DNA from: Convolutriloba macropyga
Taxonomy: Eukaryota
Length of the DNA stretch: 64,000 bases
Direction of reading: 5' to 3'
NCBI RefSeq assembly: GCF_964194025.1
Contig: NC_134481.1
Location: forward strand, 38,440,001-38,504,000
In this document: piece by piece, positions 50,399-63,600 of the stretch
How positions within the stretch are numbered: the first letter of the stretch is position 1
Layout: every line of letters begins with the position of its first letter
The notes under the pieces: model-generated
What the model saw: the letters and a program-made list of their open reading frames with translations, nothing else
Databases searched by the model: none
Told to the model about the DNA's origin: nothing
Made by a program: the position numbers and the translations under genes

Positions 50399-50983
50399 TT
50401 TCACTGAACTGAAAACAATCTCGATGAAAAAATCTCGATGAACGGTTTAAAGTCAATCATGACTTTTTCCTTTTCTCCCCCCCCCCCCCCACCCGTACGT
50501 CATGCACTTTCCAATTTCAGAGCAAGTGTCATTAAAGAAACGGAAAAAGGGGTATGATCCACCCAATGGACGGAACAGCAGTGAGCCCCCACTATGAAAC
50601 ATCACAGCAGCGTATTTAAATTTACCGCAAAAAACGCACAGTACTTTGAACTTACAGCATCATGCTAGTCTCTCGGAGCCACGTCAAAAGGTCAAAACAT
50701 TACTTTACTAATCATGTGTCCAGCCTCCCCTCCCGCACAACAACATTACAATTATCGTCAACCTCAGTAACACGTTTAATACCACGAAAGCCTCTGAGAC
50801 AGATAATTGCAATGCTTAGGAGCGCCTTCGTTCGAATGTATGTAATTGCGTCCGAGTATTTGTCGTCTTTTCTTTCGGGAATTTTTGTTGCTAGGTACTA
50901 GAAATAAGAAATATGGCACTTGCTTCAGGCGGTGCAAAAAATTTGCACCTAATAAGCTTGGGGAGGCACAAACAGAAAATGAG

Positions 50984-51112
50984 TCTTTCCCATTATAGCC
51001 CCCCTCAACTTAGTGGTCAGATAACCTATAGCCCCTCCAATCATGGTAATTCCACCATAATGGGGGCTATAATTTCATTGGGGGGGGGGGGGGGGGGCTA
51101 TAATGGGAAAGA
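50984..51112. mobile_element. MITE-like element with ~21-bp terminal inverted repeats (copy 1)
   Basis: TCTTTCCCATTATAGCCCCCC ... GGGGGGCTATAATGGGAAAGA, with internal copies of the TATAGCCCCC motif. Confidence 0.75.
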
Positions 51113-52074
51113 TCCCAGAAAAGATCCGAAATCAAACCATCACAGCGATAACACCGATCGCAGTCTCTTCATTCGGTGCTATAACTCAGCCGCTACCAAT
51201 TTTAAAATAACATAAGAAACCTACATCCATGTTTCAAAGGAAAACAACACAATACCGTATGGATGCAGAATTGTAAATAATTAACTTACGAAAATTTTAA
51301 CTCCTGAGGATGCAAGTTATTGTGAAAAACGTTCGAGTGATTTAACAAGTTTTTATCGACTTTTAACCTTTTTTTGATCAAAAGCTACACATAACAAAAA
51401 AACTTTGAATGACTTGCTCACAGAGAAACACCCGATTCCTTCCAAATTAAACCTAACTTACATAGTTGACGAAAACAATTTTGAGTCAATCCCTTACAAC
51501 CCCGCAATCTTCAAAAATATGGGCGCGTTGGCAGCTTTGAAAACAAATGGCAGCCATGTACCGCCCTGTTTAATGCAAAAAACGGTAGCTAAAACGGCTA
51601 ATCACCAAGCAATTAAAAAAAAGTATCTGAAAAATTTTTTGAACCGTTATTACATATGCACACAAATAACGTGGAAAAAAACTCCGGTATTCAGCTATTT
51701 GCGTAGGAGAACTTCTTCGTCAGATAGTAGGCAAATGCATCATCAAGCGTATAGAAAGCGACCTACGTTTCTAGGCGGTAAAAGAATTTGGCCGAAAAAA
51801 AAATTGCGCGATTGAACACGCTAATCAATCTCTACGCTCGCGAAATGAAAAATTCGAAAAATAAGCTGTTCTACTAATTGACGCAAAAAGGCCTTTTGCG
51901 GCCTCAACCATGAATTGGCCGTTAAAAAATCAAAAGAAATTGTCCCATTGATATTCAATCACGTATGATTTATGGCCTGTTTTATGGCTATGGATGGAGT
52001 AGCCAATTTTCCCTAGATCAAGCTTGTCTAGAGCACGCATGTGTCGAGAAAAAAGTACGCAGACAACAACAGCT

Positions 52075-53588
52075 TAGCAGAAAGTTTGATTGACTTACTC
52101 TTATTTTTCAAACAACTCACTGTACCTGGTGGCAATTTTCACTACAACATGAAAGCCCCTGAGTTTTAATTATCAGTGAAAGGTGCTTCAAAGAACAAAG
52201 ATTTGAGGTTGTCGTTTGAGGTGATGGCAGTTGAAATTGTTGACAGCTACCGCTTTCCAAGATCTTCAATAGCAGAAAGTTTGATTCACTTACTCTTCTT
52301 TTTCAAACAACTCACTGTACATGGTGGCAATTTTGACTAAAACATGAAAGCCCCGGAACCTTAAATATTAGTGAACGGTGCTTCAAAGAACAAAGATTTG
52401 AGGTTGTCGTTTGAGGTGATGGCAGTTGAAATTGTTGACAGCTACCGCTTTCCAAGATCTTCAATAGCAGAAAGTTTGATGCACTTACTCTTCTTTTTCA
52501 AACAACTCACTGTACATGGTGGCAATTTTGACTAAAACATGAAAGCCCCGGAACCTTAAATATTAGTGAACGGTGCTTCAAAGAAAAAAGTTTTGAGGTT
52601 GTTGTTTGAGGTGATGGCAGTTGAAATTGTTGAAAGCTACCGCTTTCCAAGATCTTCAACAGGCACGTAAGAATACCTAGGTGAACTTCTAAAGCATTCA
52701 AGACCGTAGCAGAACGAGACCTCTAAGGCATTCAAGGCTAGAAAATGTGCCAATTTGTTTTATAAATTAGGATAATGGGCAAAATCAACCACTAAAAACG
52801 CTAACGCATGTCTCAAGAAAACGTGCAACAACAACTAAATTTAGTATCTTGGAGAATGTCAAAATGTCGGAATCTGTGCGTGGACGCGGAAGCGAACATC
52901 TAAACCCACGACCTACCATTGGTTTTCGACTCAACGATTGCTCAGTCCTCGCAGTGATTTTACCGTGAGGGCGAACTCAAGAACGGTGCTTCAAAGAACA
53001 AAGATTTGAGGTTGTCGTTTGAGGTGATGGCAGTTGAAATTGTTGACAGCTACCGCTTTCCAAGATCTTCAATAGCAGAAAGTTTGATGCACTTACTCTT
53101 CTTTTTCAAACAACTCACTGTACATGGTGGCAATTTTGACTAAAACATGAAAGCCCCGGAACCTTAAATATTAGTGAACGGTGCTTCAAAGAAAAAAGTT
53201 TTGAGGTTGTTGTTTGAGGTGATGGCAGTTGAAATTGTTGAAAGCTACCGCTTTCCAAGATCTTCAACAGGCACGTAAGAATACCTAGGTGAACTTCTAA
53301 AGCATTCAAGACCGTAGCAGAACGAGACCTCTAAGGCATTCAAGGCTAGAAAATGTGCCAATTTGTTTTATAAATTAGGATAATGGGCAAAATCAACCAC
53401 TAAAAACGCTAACGCATGTCTCAAGAAAACGTGCAACAACAACTAAATTTAGTATCTTGGAGAATGTCAAAATGTCGGAATCTGTGCGTGGACGCGGAAG
53501 CGAACATCTAAACCCACGACCTACCATTGGTTTTCGACTCAACGATTGCTCAGTCCTCGCAGTGATTTTACCGTGAGGGCGAACTCAA
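52075..53588 (+). repeat. Nested tandem duplications inside the CRE RT: 195 bp x3 (52075-52659) and 608 bp x2 (52373-52980 / 52981-53588)
   Basis: TAGCAGAAAGTTTGAT at 52075, 52270 and 52465. Identical ORFs 52507-52701 and 53115-53309 are offset by 608. Confidence 0.92.
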
Positions 53589-55566
53589 GATCAGGGAGCC
53601 TAGAGATTGAGAGAACCCGTGAACGCCGCTTCGCTAACCATATGCGCTCTTTTTGAAGATGGTCGAGCAAATGCTCATCTCATCCAGGAACACATAGGGC
53701 ACGACCAACGAACCGCACGCTTGAATGGAATTCAGTCGCGTGAAAAGGTTCTTATGGAAAACCTACAACCGGAACAATGCTACCTAATAGAAATAGCTTA
53801 GAAAGAAATATCCTCGAACGAGTTTACCGATATACCGTTTAAACGTAACGGTTTCAACAAAAATAATATCCGAATTTGAAGACGGGCTTTGCATTAGATA
53901 CAACATCAAGGCAAGCGATTTGCTCCTTAATCTTCCATGTGGTGGAAAGTTCGCCACAGTGCGAAAGGTAGGTATACACACTTGAGACATAACGAGATCC
54001 GGGACACCTTTGAAAAATTCTTGCAAGACATTTGCTATGATGTTGAGGTCGAAACGACTCCTAAGTTGCCTCAAGGTGAGTCTTTTATGCGAAAAACTGC
54101 TCTCACTGATGACAAATCACGACTAAATGTTAAAGCAAATGGCCGATGAAAGTCCAACTTCAGACGCTGTTTCTTTAAAGTGATTATAATTAACTCAGCT
54201 GCAAATTCATGCTCGAAAAACTACGTAGATGCTTAGAAATATAATGAGTCGTTGAAATACCTCAAGTGTTGGTAACTAATACGTGACGTCGAGAAGAGTA
54301 ATTTCGTTCCGCGTGTGTTTTCCTACTTGAAGGCGGAAGAACGTTCGTGCGCTATAAAACAGCTAGCTAGCAAAATTGATGAAAGGAAAGACGAATCATA
54401 CTCCGACGCAATAACATACATAAGCACGAGAATAAATGTTGCTCTCCTGCACAGCCCTATAACATGCCTCAGAGGTTGCAATGGTTCCAGAGGTTAACTG
54501 GCATTCGTTTTTCATGCAGTGCCATAGTGCGGGAGGGAAACATATGTTCATAACATTTTAGTTTATTTAGAATTTCTATTTTCATGACGCAGTTCTAATG
54601 GGTTATAGTGCTTGTCTTTAAATTTATATACAACGCAGTGATGTCTCAGTGTAGGGAATCATTACTCGTCCCTTGAATTGTCCTGCTAGACTTATGAGCA
54701 AACCCTTATCCTATTGACTACTGAAACAACGATAAACACGAATTTTAATAGTAGTCATCAATTTGTGCCAACAGGTCAGACGAGTTCTCGTCGTACTCAT
54801 TGATTCTTTTGCTCCTGTCCGACCCATATGATGACCAACCATATTCATGTCTGGAGTCTGACTTCTAATGGCAATCTGTCTCTGACGTCCGTCCAACAGG
54901 AACTCAGTTTGAAAGCACTTGTCGAAAACAAATTTCAGATTGCAGCTGACACACAAGTTTATGTTATCTTTTCAGATGACCCCAATTCATCTAATGCACA
55001 ATTGAATCGAACCTAATACAATTTCAGTATTAAGCCCTCATCCGTTTACAAAGTTTTAGCAGTAGCGCTTGAATTAGCAAAAAAGCAAATGATAACTCCC
55101 AAAAAAAGGAAGGGCGCCTTTAGGAATAAGCTATTGGGAAAAGTAACGGCTGCTTTCGTCTCAATGAGAAAGAAAATTTTGTAATGCCGAGTTCGTTGTC
55201 AGCCGTTTACAAGCTGTCCGGATGCTTATTACTACGATTCGTTTTTCAAAATGGGTTTTAATAATCCGCTGTATAACAAATTCGTTTTCTTGAACTACTC
55301 AATCAATTCCAATCGACTAATCAATTAAATTTTTTGTTCTGATTGATAACTCAGACAAAACTTCAAACATTAAATTGCTCACTTTTATTGCTTATAAACT
55401 ATAAAGGAGGGATCATTCGGTTTCAGAATAGAACACAGTTTACAGAGGAGGATTCAATTTGGACATATGAGACTTGTTTTACTGTTAAAATCAGAGATAT
55501 TTCGTTATTATCAGGAATCCAAGCTCCTGAGACAAGAAGCATATAATTTTTCGATCGGAAAAATTT

Positions 55567-55665
55567 GGTTTTATCCATTATAGCCCCCCTTGTTAATTAC
55601 CGTGATTGTGAGGGGGGCTATAGTTTACCCGACCAATAAGCTGGGGAACTATAACGGGGAAGACC
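55567..55665 (-). mobile_element. MITE-like element (copy 2, inverted relative to 50984-51112)
   Basis: The reverse complement aligns with copy 1 (CTTA.TGGTC..GTAA.CTATAGCCCC...CAATCA.GGTAATT...GGGGGCTATAATGG). Confidence 0.7.
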
Positions 55666-56399
55666 CGAGAACTCGGATATGAGATCTGTAAAGCTATCTT
55701 ACACCACCTAATAACGAAATGATTATAATTTGATCGTCTTCACAAAGAGAAGGAATTTTTGTCACTCTGATATTTAGAGATTGGAGGAGGTTTATCGATT
55801 TCTTTTCTCTAAACTTTCTTAAGTTTTCAATACCAAATCGACGGTAGGATGAAGTACAAACTTCAAGTCAACAAGACACTGTATTTAGTGAGATTTGGAC
55901 AACCCTCAATTTTTTATCAGTTTAACATTCAAAATTTTTAGTCTTCCGCTCTTCTCTGGTTGGGAATTCGCTTCTATACATAACCTGATATTTTTCTTGT
56001 ATATGTCAATTCTCAACCCTTGACTGGTTGAACCTAACTATGTCGAAATAATTCCAAAACTCCAGTTTTTCCATGCAGAGCTGACGTCAGGAGTTGTTGC
56101 AAGCCATGTACAATCTTCATAGAGTAAAGCATTTACACGTCAAAATTTCGCTTTGTAATTGACGTAATAATTTAAATTAAGATAAAGCATACTCCGTGTT
56201 ACAATGTTTAGGAAAAAATCTGTCGAAATACAGTGATTCAATTTTGCGTTGCAAGCGTCTCTAGTTTTGCTCCTTTTGATGAAAGTTTTAAAAAATTCGT
56301 TATGCTTGGCTTTCACAGGATATATGAAACATAACCTTTGTCGAATTACTCTTCGAGGAAAAATGCTAAAGCAATTTTAATCACCTAGTTAAACAAGGG

Positions 56400-58100
56400 T
56401 ATGGCCAGATTTCCACTCTGATCAATAAAAGGTACAAATTATACCAATGTTAACAAAGCACCGACCTTCCTGACAGCCATAAAGGCAAAACCAACATCAT
56501 TTCAAATGATGGCAAATAATGCTAATGAAAAACTGCAAAGACCAAATTCAAAGATTGAGTAACTTGATTAAACCTTTTACATTAAATTACATTTGAAAAG
56601 TGTATTACTACGCAGACTGATTCGGATCTCATGGTTTTAGATTTATAAACTTAGAATCCAATTTAGAAGCCAATTTTTTCAAGTCAACTTTTCAGCGTTA
56701 TCAGAAGTACCTAACAAAACAAAGTCAAGCTTGGAGACATAATTGAAGAGTCCGACAGTGACACAGCCCAACTGTTTAACAAAATTTTTTTAAGTGTCAT
56801 CATCCGTTCTCCCAAAAACAAAATTAGTAAATTTCTGATAATAGAAAAGAAACAGAAATAAACCAAGAGTGGCCGCAGAACTCTATGAATTAACTAGACC
56901 CGAAATCACCGAGAATATTATTTTCAAAAATTGGAGTAAATCTTTGAGCAAATTGCTCTTGTTTTTGAAACAATCATCAACAAGTGTTTCTGTCCCAAAA
57001 TCTGGAAAATTATTAATAAGTTTAACCATTAATAAAAGAAAGAAATAAACCAGTTGTTACCTGTCACTGACCGATAAGTCTTGTATGCTGTATTTCCTAA
57101 GTTTTTTAAAAAGTAGTAGGGCTGTACGAACGCTGTCCAAACAAACAAAATGAACATTAATTTGGCTTCAAGAAACAAAAAACTGAAAAAACAAAAAAAA
57201 ACTGAAAAAACAAAATCAAGAAAAAAAAAACAAGAAACAAAAACACAAAACTCTCCTTTGCCTAAATTCAATTTTGAAATTAAAAAGTACGATAAAACAG
57301 TAGAAAATCTAAACGTTTCACACCTTGAGCTTCAACAAATTCTTGAGTCTTGCATCTTCTACGGATAAAAAATTGTGCGGGTTTCGACGTCGGGAAAAAA
57401 ATCCTTTAGCTCAATAAAATCTGATCCTGAAGCAAGCTATCAAATTGTTCACTTCAAAATTTCTGTTGTTAAGGTAACCAGAGGTATGACCCTAAGCTCA
57501 ATTCATGGCCCGCTTCCGATCCTTTTCTGTGTCAAAACTATCTCCGATTTTTGCCCAGACTTGGAAAATTACGGTTTTGCAGAAGATTTCAAATTGATAG
57601 TACTAAAGCACTGATTATCTCAATCAAAGAGCGCGTCAACAGATTTCTGATGCAATATTTATTACAGGCAATCCAATTCAGATAATTGCAAACTTTTTAA
57701 AACAAGAAGAAAATTTTCCACATAACTAAATGACACAAAATTTTTTTCCACAACGTACAGAAAAATCTTGCAGTTCTCATAAGATCCATTCTAACTTGAA
57801 AAAAAAGCGAGAGACGCGTGTTCGAAGAGCAATTCTCTATTTCTTTCAGCTCGAGCGAAAAATCTCTTTCTCTTTCTCTCTCTTGCGTGAAATGTGTTCA
57901 CATTAATGAAACTTGCTTTAGTTTTTTTTTTAAAAAAATGCATTCTGTATACGACAAATTTGAGACCACTACTTTTACTGTTGACTACAAGGAACCTCTC
58001 AATGTCTGATGGCGACAAAACACTTGAATTATGTTTGAAGTTTAAAAAATTCTGATGCTGATAGTGTTATTCAAATATGGAAAAGCAGAGCCGTCATTGA
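56400..58100 (+). mobile_element. Highly decayed LINE RT fragment
   Basis: IINKCFCPKIWK, PISLVCCISK, VTRGMTLSSIHGPL (GVPQGS.LGP-like) and GFAEDFKL (FADD.K). Confidence 0.65.
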
Positions 58101-58449
58101 GCAAAAAAACGACAAAAACAAGAATCACAATTTAAAATTAGTCAGTTTTTAAGCAGAGTAAAAATCCCTTCAAAAGCTGTCCAACAATTGAGGATGTTCT
58201 TTTGTTTCTCCAAATAAAAATCCTAAAAAGTTTTAACGACAGGCCTTTGGTTTTGGTTCCCGTTTCGTGTAGCACTTGATAAGGATTTCATTTCAAGATG
58301 TTCTGGGAAAAAAGTTTTTCGAGAAAATCCGAACATCTCTGGTCTTCGAATATTACGCAATTCGTTCGATTATTCCTGTGGTAATTAGCAGTAGGGAGAC
58401 TTTTGTGACTTTTGTAATGCATTTCTTTCCGACGTTTAATATTGTTGGA

Positions 58450-59650
58450 AAAATAAAAGTTTTTTGTTGAATACTCAAACGTCTGTTTGACATGTGCAAG
58501 ACAGATGGTTGTAGAATGATTGATCGAAATTACACTACTTTTCAAGTTCTAATCTATCTGATTATTTGTAACAGCAAAAAATTTTTTGGTGATACCAATG
58601 AAAGTTAGCCTATTATGTTCAAAAAATACAACACAGTTGCATCAAGTGAGTCAAGATTGTGTTGATTGTATGGACACTTACTCCCGTTTTTTGTAAAAAG
58701 AAAACATCCGCCTGGCTTTCAAATTTCAAACGACCGTCAGTAATGATCACTATGTAGTTGATTTCATTTTTCTGCCAAGCTTTCAATTTCTTGCAGTGGA
58801 TTGATTTCAATGTGATGATTATAGAAACTCTATAGAAATTGGACAAAATGTTCTCTAAGTTTTTTTTATAGCAATCTCACTTAGTTTCTTTTACGGAAAA
58901 CCAGAAATAATCATCAGCGTAACCGCCAACGAATCATTTTTTGTCAATTGTAAGAGTCGGGTGATTTAGGTAGATGTTATATAAGAGTGTATCTAAGACT
59001 GTAGGGCACATTTTTGTTTTCATAATGCCGGAAAATAAATCCTTGATGCTCAGTTGCTGTAATCTTTTTAATCAGTCGCGGAAAACAAACCGTTTTTGGA
59101 TATTGAGTTTTCGGTAAAACAAATTAATGTAAGAACAACTTGTGGTGTGATACTGAATCAAAACCTCTTAAAGTGCGCAAGTAGCAGCATACACCATCTT
59201 TGTAGGATTCAAGTGTTTTTCTAAAACTTTCTAAAAGAAACAATAAAAATAATAAAGCGGAGACTTTTGATCCAAAACAAAAATGCAAAGAGTTCAAAAA
59301 TTCTTTTCTTTCAAGTCTGACAGACATTCGAGCGTAGCTAACTATTTCAATCTTTTCTGAAAACCATTTGTGGGAGACATAGATCTCTAGTTCTGTAGTT
59401 TGCAGCATCTAAGGCAGTCCTTTTTTGAAAAGAGTATTGACAACGGCCGATTTGAGTTGTTTGAGTTGTTTGGGAAAGACGTTGGTTTTTGTGTTTTTTT
59501 TAGTTAGGAATATGAGACAAGGGACACAAAATGGTCACAGTGTTTTTGATTGATCAAGTGGTTTCAATGCATGATTGAAGTGACAATCTGAGTTGAGCTC
59601 CCTAATTACTTTAAGCGCGCAACTCTTTGCTACCTCGTCAGTATTAAATG
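58450..59650 (-). mobile_element. Highly decayed LINE RT fragment
   Basis: CCYLRTLRGFDSVSHHKL (D..KAFD.V.H..L) and a YADD-like remnant near 58910-58925. Confidence 0.5.
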
Positions 59651-59711
59651 GTATTGGATAGGCAAACTCTCTTTCATATGAGAAATATGTTTTTCAAGAC
59701 TGTAAACAACC

Positions 59712-59962
59712 AATGCAGGGCCTCAACGGGCGGAGTTTTTGAGGAAGTACCCCTGACCAAAGTTGCGTACTAAGAGAGGGCTGCAATGGTAGCACTTTTG
59801 AAGAATTACCCCTTGGGCAAAATTGCAATGTACGAGTGGGTTGCAATGGGCTGCAATGGGAGGACTTTTGAGGTATTACCCTTTGGCCAAAATTGCGAAG
59901 CGGTAGTGGGTTGGAGTTAGAGAAATTTCTGAGGAATTACCCCGTTGACTAAAATTGCGATT
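59712..59962 (+). repeat. ~60-bp tandem repeat, 4 diverged units
   Basis: TGA(G/A)G(A/T)A(T/G)TACCC...AAA(A/G)TTGC units recur with GGG(C/T)TGCAATGG spacers. Confidence 0.75.
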
Positions 59963-60625
59963 TTATATGATCTCTAATTGTTTCAAATTCTGTCAATCTT
60001 TCGGTTTTGGAAATTAATAAACAACATTCATTTTCTTTTGAAAGAAATTGTGATATAGGTGAACAATTGATGAAATCAATTGCGGCGCTAAATCTCTTAA
60101 ATTTATTTCAGTCTTAATTTAGTTCAATTTTAGTTATTTCAATCCTAATTTTGTTCATTCTAAATTTTGAAGATCAAATCTTCTTGTTCATACTTTTGAA
60201 TTTGTTTACTCAAGAGTTGTGATCAAATGTCTGATCATGTCGTCTGTTAATTTTGTTTTACCGCAAATTTCTTTTTACAAGTGCAATGTTGTATGATCAA
60301 ATTTAAGTATTATTTCATTTTTCATTCTCATTAATCGTAGTACAATTTTCAGTTGAGTCTCTTTAATTCGAATTTCACTCCGCGGAACGCTCAATTCCAA
60401 ATAGCAGATTTAAGTATTATTTCGCTAAGCAAAATAACAGATTAAAAGCACATGCTGCATTCGCAAGACAAATACCACCGAAATGTGATACTAGAAAGAT
60501 TAACTCGCTAAATTCAAATTTAATAGTGGAATTGCACCGCGAAAGCACTCGAAAAATAGTTCAATCTAATTTGATAAATCGCATAGCAAAACACTCTCTA
60601 CTACAGAAACTGATTTCTGTACGAC

Positions 60626-63600
60626 ATGGCGCAGCCAGCCCGCGAATCTCGCAAGACCCCTCTCTCAATTTAACCCCTTTGGGAATGTGCTACATCAGGC
60701 CCAACAATACAATGGGAAAAGTGGCAAATCCAGGTGAAGCTAGCAACTCTTGCGAGAGAAAACACAACGTTGGATACCCTACTGCAACCGAAAACGACTC
60801 ATGTATGACTACCACCGGAACCAGAATACGAAATGGCTTTTGAGGATGCAACTGAACAAACAGAAGGAGATCGCCAAATCCGTAACAACCAGCTTAAATT
60901 TCAATGGGAATTGAAAGGTCAGAAAATCACAGAAGCAGGAATTTTTTGTGATGAAAGACCATGGACCCTATGTGATAAGAAATGCGTTTCCCTTCTCTAC
61001 CTCAGCATTGGAACGAAAGGACGACGTCTTTTGACACAGAAATTTCCTCATGATATTCAAACTTTCGGAAATGATGAAAATAGCTTGCATTCGACCAGGG
61101 AACTTCAGATTCAATCGCTATGTCTTTTTTTCGAGAAAACAAAGGAAGGGCGAGAAGGTAGAACAGTACTACAGCATTCTTAAAGAGGTAGCAGAAAACT
61201 GTGATTTCGAAAATCGAGAGGAAGTGATCATCAGGGACATTTTGATCACAAATAAGCTGGATGATCATAAACAATGAGAACTCCTTCGAGATACAGTAGA
61301 CCCTGAAATAGTTCTGAGTATTCCAGCCAAAATGGAGATGGGTCATCAAAACCAGCAACGGATATCTTCCAACAACAACAACGTCAACAGCAACACAATC
61401 AATGCAATACAACAATTCAGTCGATTTTGAGGCGCGAATGTTCGAACAAACCAGTCAAGCAGAAACACATTCAATCGAGCAGCAATTGGTCGATGTAGAG
61501 GTCGTCGCCAAAATTGCACTCCAGCACATCGCCAGGTTGGCCGTGCTATGGGTAAGAAATGTTATCATTGTGGTCTGCTTAACCTTTTTGCAAAGGTATG
61601 TCGGAAAAAATTGAATAATTCCAAAAACTCTCCGCAAGATACTCGCCTTAATCGTGTTAAAAACGCTGAAGCTACAGAACGACCAGAAAGAAAAAACATA
61701 AATTTCATAAATTGCAATGAACAGTATAATTCTGAATATGAAACATCAGACGATAACTATGTTGCAATAGTGGAAACTGTTAACCCATCCTCAATCGCTC
61801 TGTAAAATATAACAATAACGATTGGAAATACGTTCTGTCGTTTGCTTCTCGATTCCGGTGGTGGGTGCAATATTATAAATAAGTCACTTGCCAAACAGAT
61901 AATGTTTAACTGTATACAAGCACAATGGTCAGAGAAAAAACCACTAGAACTTAAATCTTTCTCTAACGATATCGTCGAAACATTAGAAAATTTGAAAACG
62001 ACAGTTAAATGTAATGATTGGAAAATTCCTGACGCAAAAGCAACAGTAGTTTCAGACGGTTTTCGACATATTCTTGGACGTGAATTATTCGATCAATTTG
62101 GAATAACTATTTCACAAAAGCCTTGCTAAAAAAACGAAGTAAATACAATTGAAATATCTTGCGCATTAAAACCACCACTAGCCAAAGATTTTCCGGGATT
62201 AATTTCAAGAATTGGTAAATCAAAAAATAATACTGTCAATTCAAAATGTCATCGAAATTATCGTGTCACACATCAAAAAGGGAGAAAAGTACCAATTCAT
62301 CCTCAACCGAAAGTAAAAATCGAACAGGAAAAAATGTTAAACGAGGGGCATTTTGAATATTATCAAATTGTTCCGACCAATTTTTCATTTCCACAATTAT
62401 TTTTACATTCAAAAAGGACCAATCAATCAAAAGAGTTTTAAAAAGCAAAAATTCTGAATAAAGCAATCCATAGGAATAAATACCAAATGCCAAACATCAA
62501 TTCGCTAATACAAACTATCTCACAAACACTGTCAAACGCGCCGCAAGAGACGGCCTACTTTACATTAGACTTGCAATACGCTGACAGCCAACTTATTCTT
62601 CTTACTGATACTGCCCGTCATTGTAATTTCAATATTGTCAGCGGCTATATGCCCGGCACTTACCGCTTTAAAACAGGTTTCTATTGGCTAACGGGTTTGC
62701 CGGCGGATTTTCGGAAAGCTATTGATGGTACGCTCGCCGGTCTAAACAATACATTCTGTTTTCTTGATGATATTTTAATAGTGAGTAGAGGTAGAATCGA
62801 ACATCAACTCGATCTTGTACGAAAATGTTTAATTAAACTTGATCAGCAAAATCTCCGCATTAATCTCGCTAAATGCCATTTCGCAAAAGATCAAATTGAA
62901 TGGCTCGGGCACCGTATTACCCAGTCTGGCATAACACCATTATCAAAAAAACTGATGCCTTTCAACAATTATCAGCTCCCTTTACTCTAAAGAAGTTACG
63001 ATCTTTTATGGGATCTGTGCATCATTTAGATAAGTTCATACCAAATTTATCTCAAATGTGTCAGCCACCCAGACCTTTATTAAAGACAAACACTAAATTT
63101 GTTTGGACAGATGAGCACGAACAACACTTTAAAATGATTAAAATTAAAATTGCTGAGGCGACAGAAAATAAACGTTTTAATCCGGATCTTGAAACACGGA
63201 TAAAATGCGACGTCTCTCGAAAAAGTTTGGGTTGTGTGTTAGAGCAACGACCGCCGGACTGTTGGCATACTGTAGCTTTCGCCTCACGTTCTTGAATTCA
63301 GTTGAAGATCGACATAGTAATAAGGAACTTGAATTATTGGGCGTAGTTTGGTCAATAGAACATTTCAAATACTATGTCTATGGTAAACTTTTACTGTTAT
63401 AACGGATTACAGAGCATTATTATCTATAGTGAGAGAGAACACAGCTAATATATCTCATAATAGTCGTCTTACACGTTGGGTTGATCAACTTTTACCATTT
63501 GATAATTTGATAGATCATCTTGCTGGTACGAAAATGGGCTTAGTCGATTTTATTTTGCGAGAGCCCCAACAAAAAGCTGTTAATGTCTCCACTTATGAGG

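Larger units (their letters stand above)
50900..54560 (+). mobile_element. Decayed CRE-clade non-LTR retrotransposon (RT + C-terminal restriction-like endonuclease)
   Basis: LNDLLTEKHP, PYNPAIF, AALKTNG, LLLIDAK, KYADNN (YADD), RHNEIRD, RLNVKANG (RLD), VEKSNFVP.VFS, YSDAITYISTRINVALLHS..CLRG, with many stops. Confidence 0.8.

Noticed and set aside
54711-55300. Possible coding fragment after the CRE element
   Set aside because: Short and interrupted, with no recognisable motif or splice support.
60624-60640. CA|TGGCGCAGCC as LTR end plus primer-binding site
   Set aside because: It coincides with the gag start (ATG GCG CAG CCA) in frame with downstream gag. It cannot be supported as a PBS without the second LTR.
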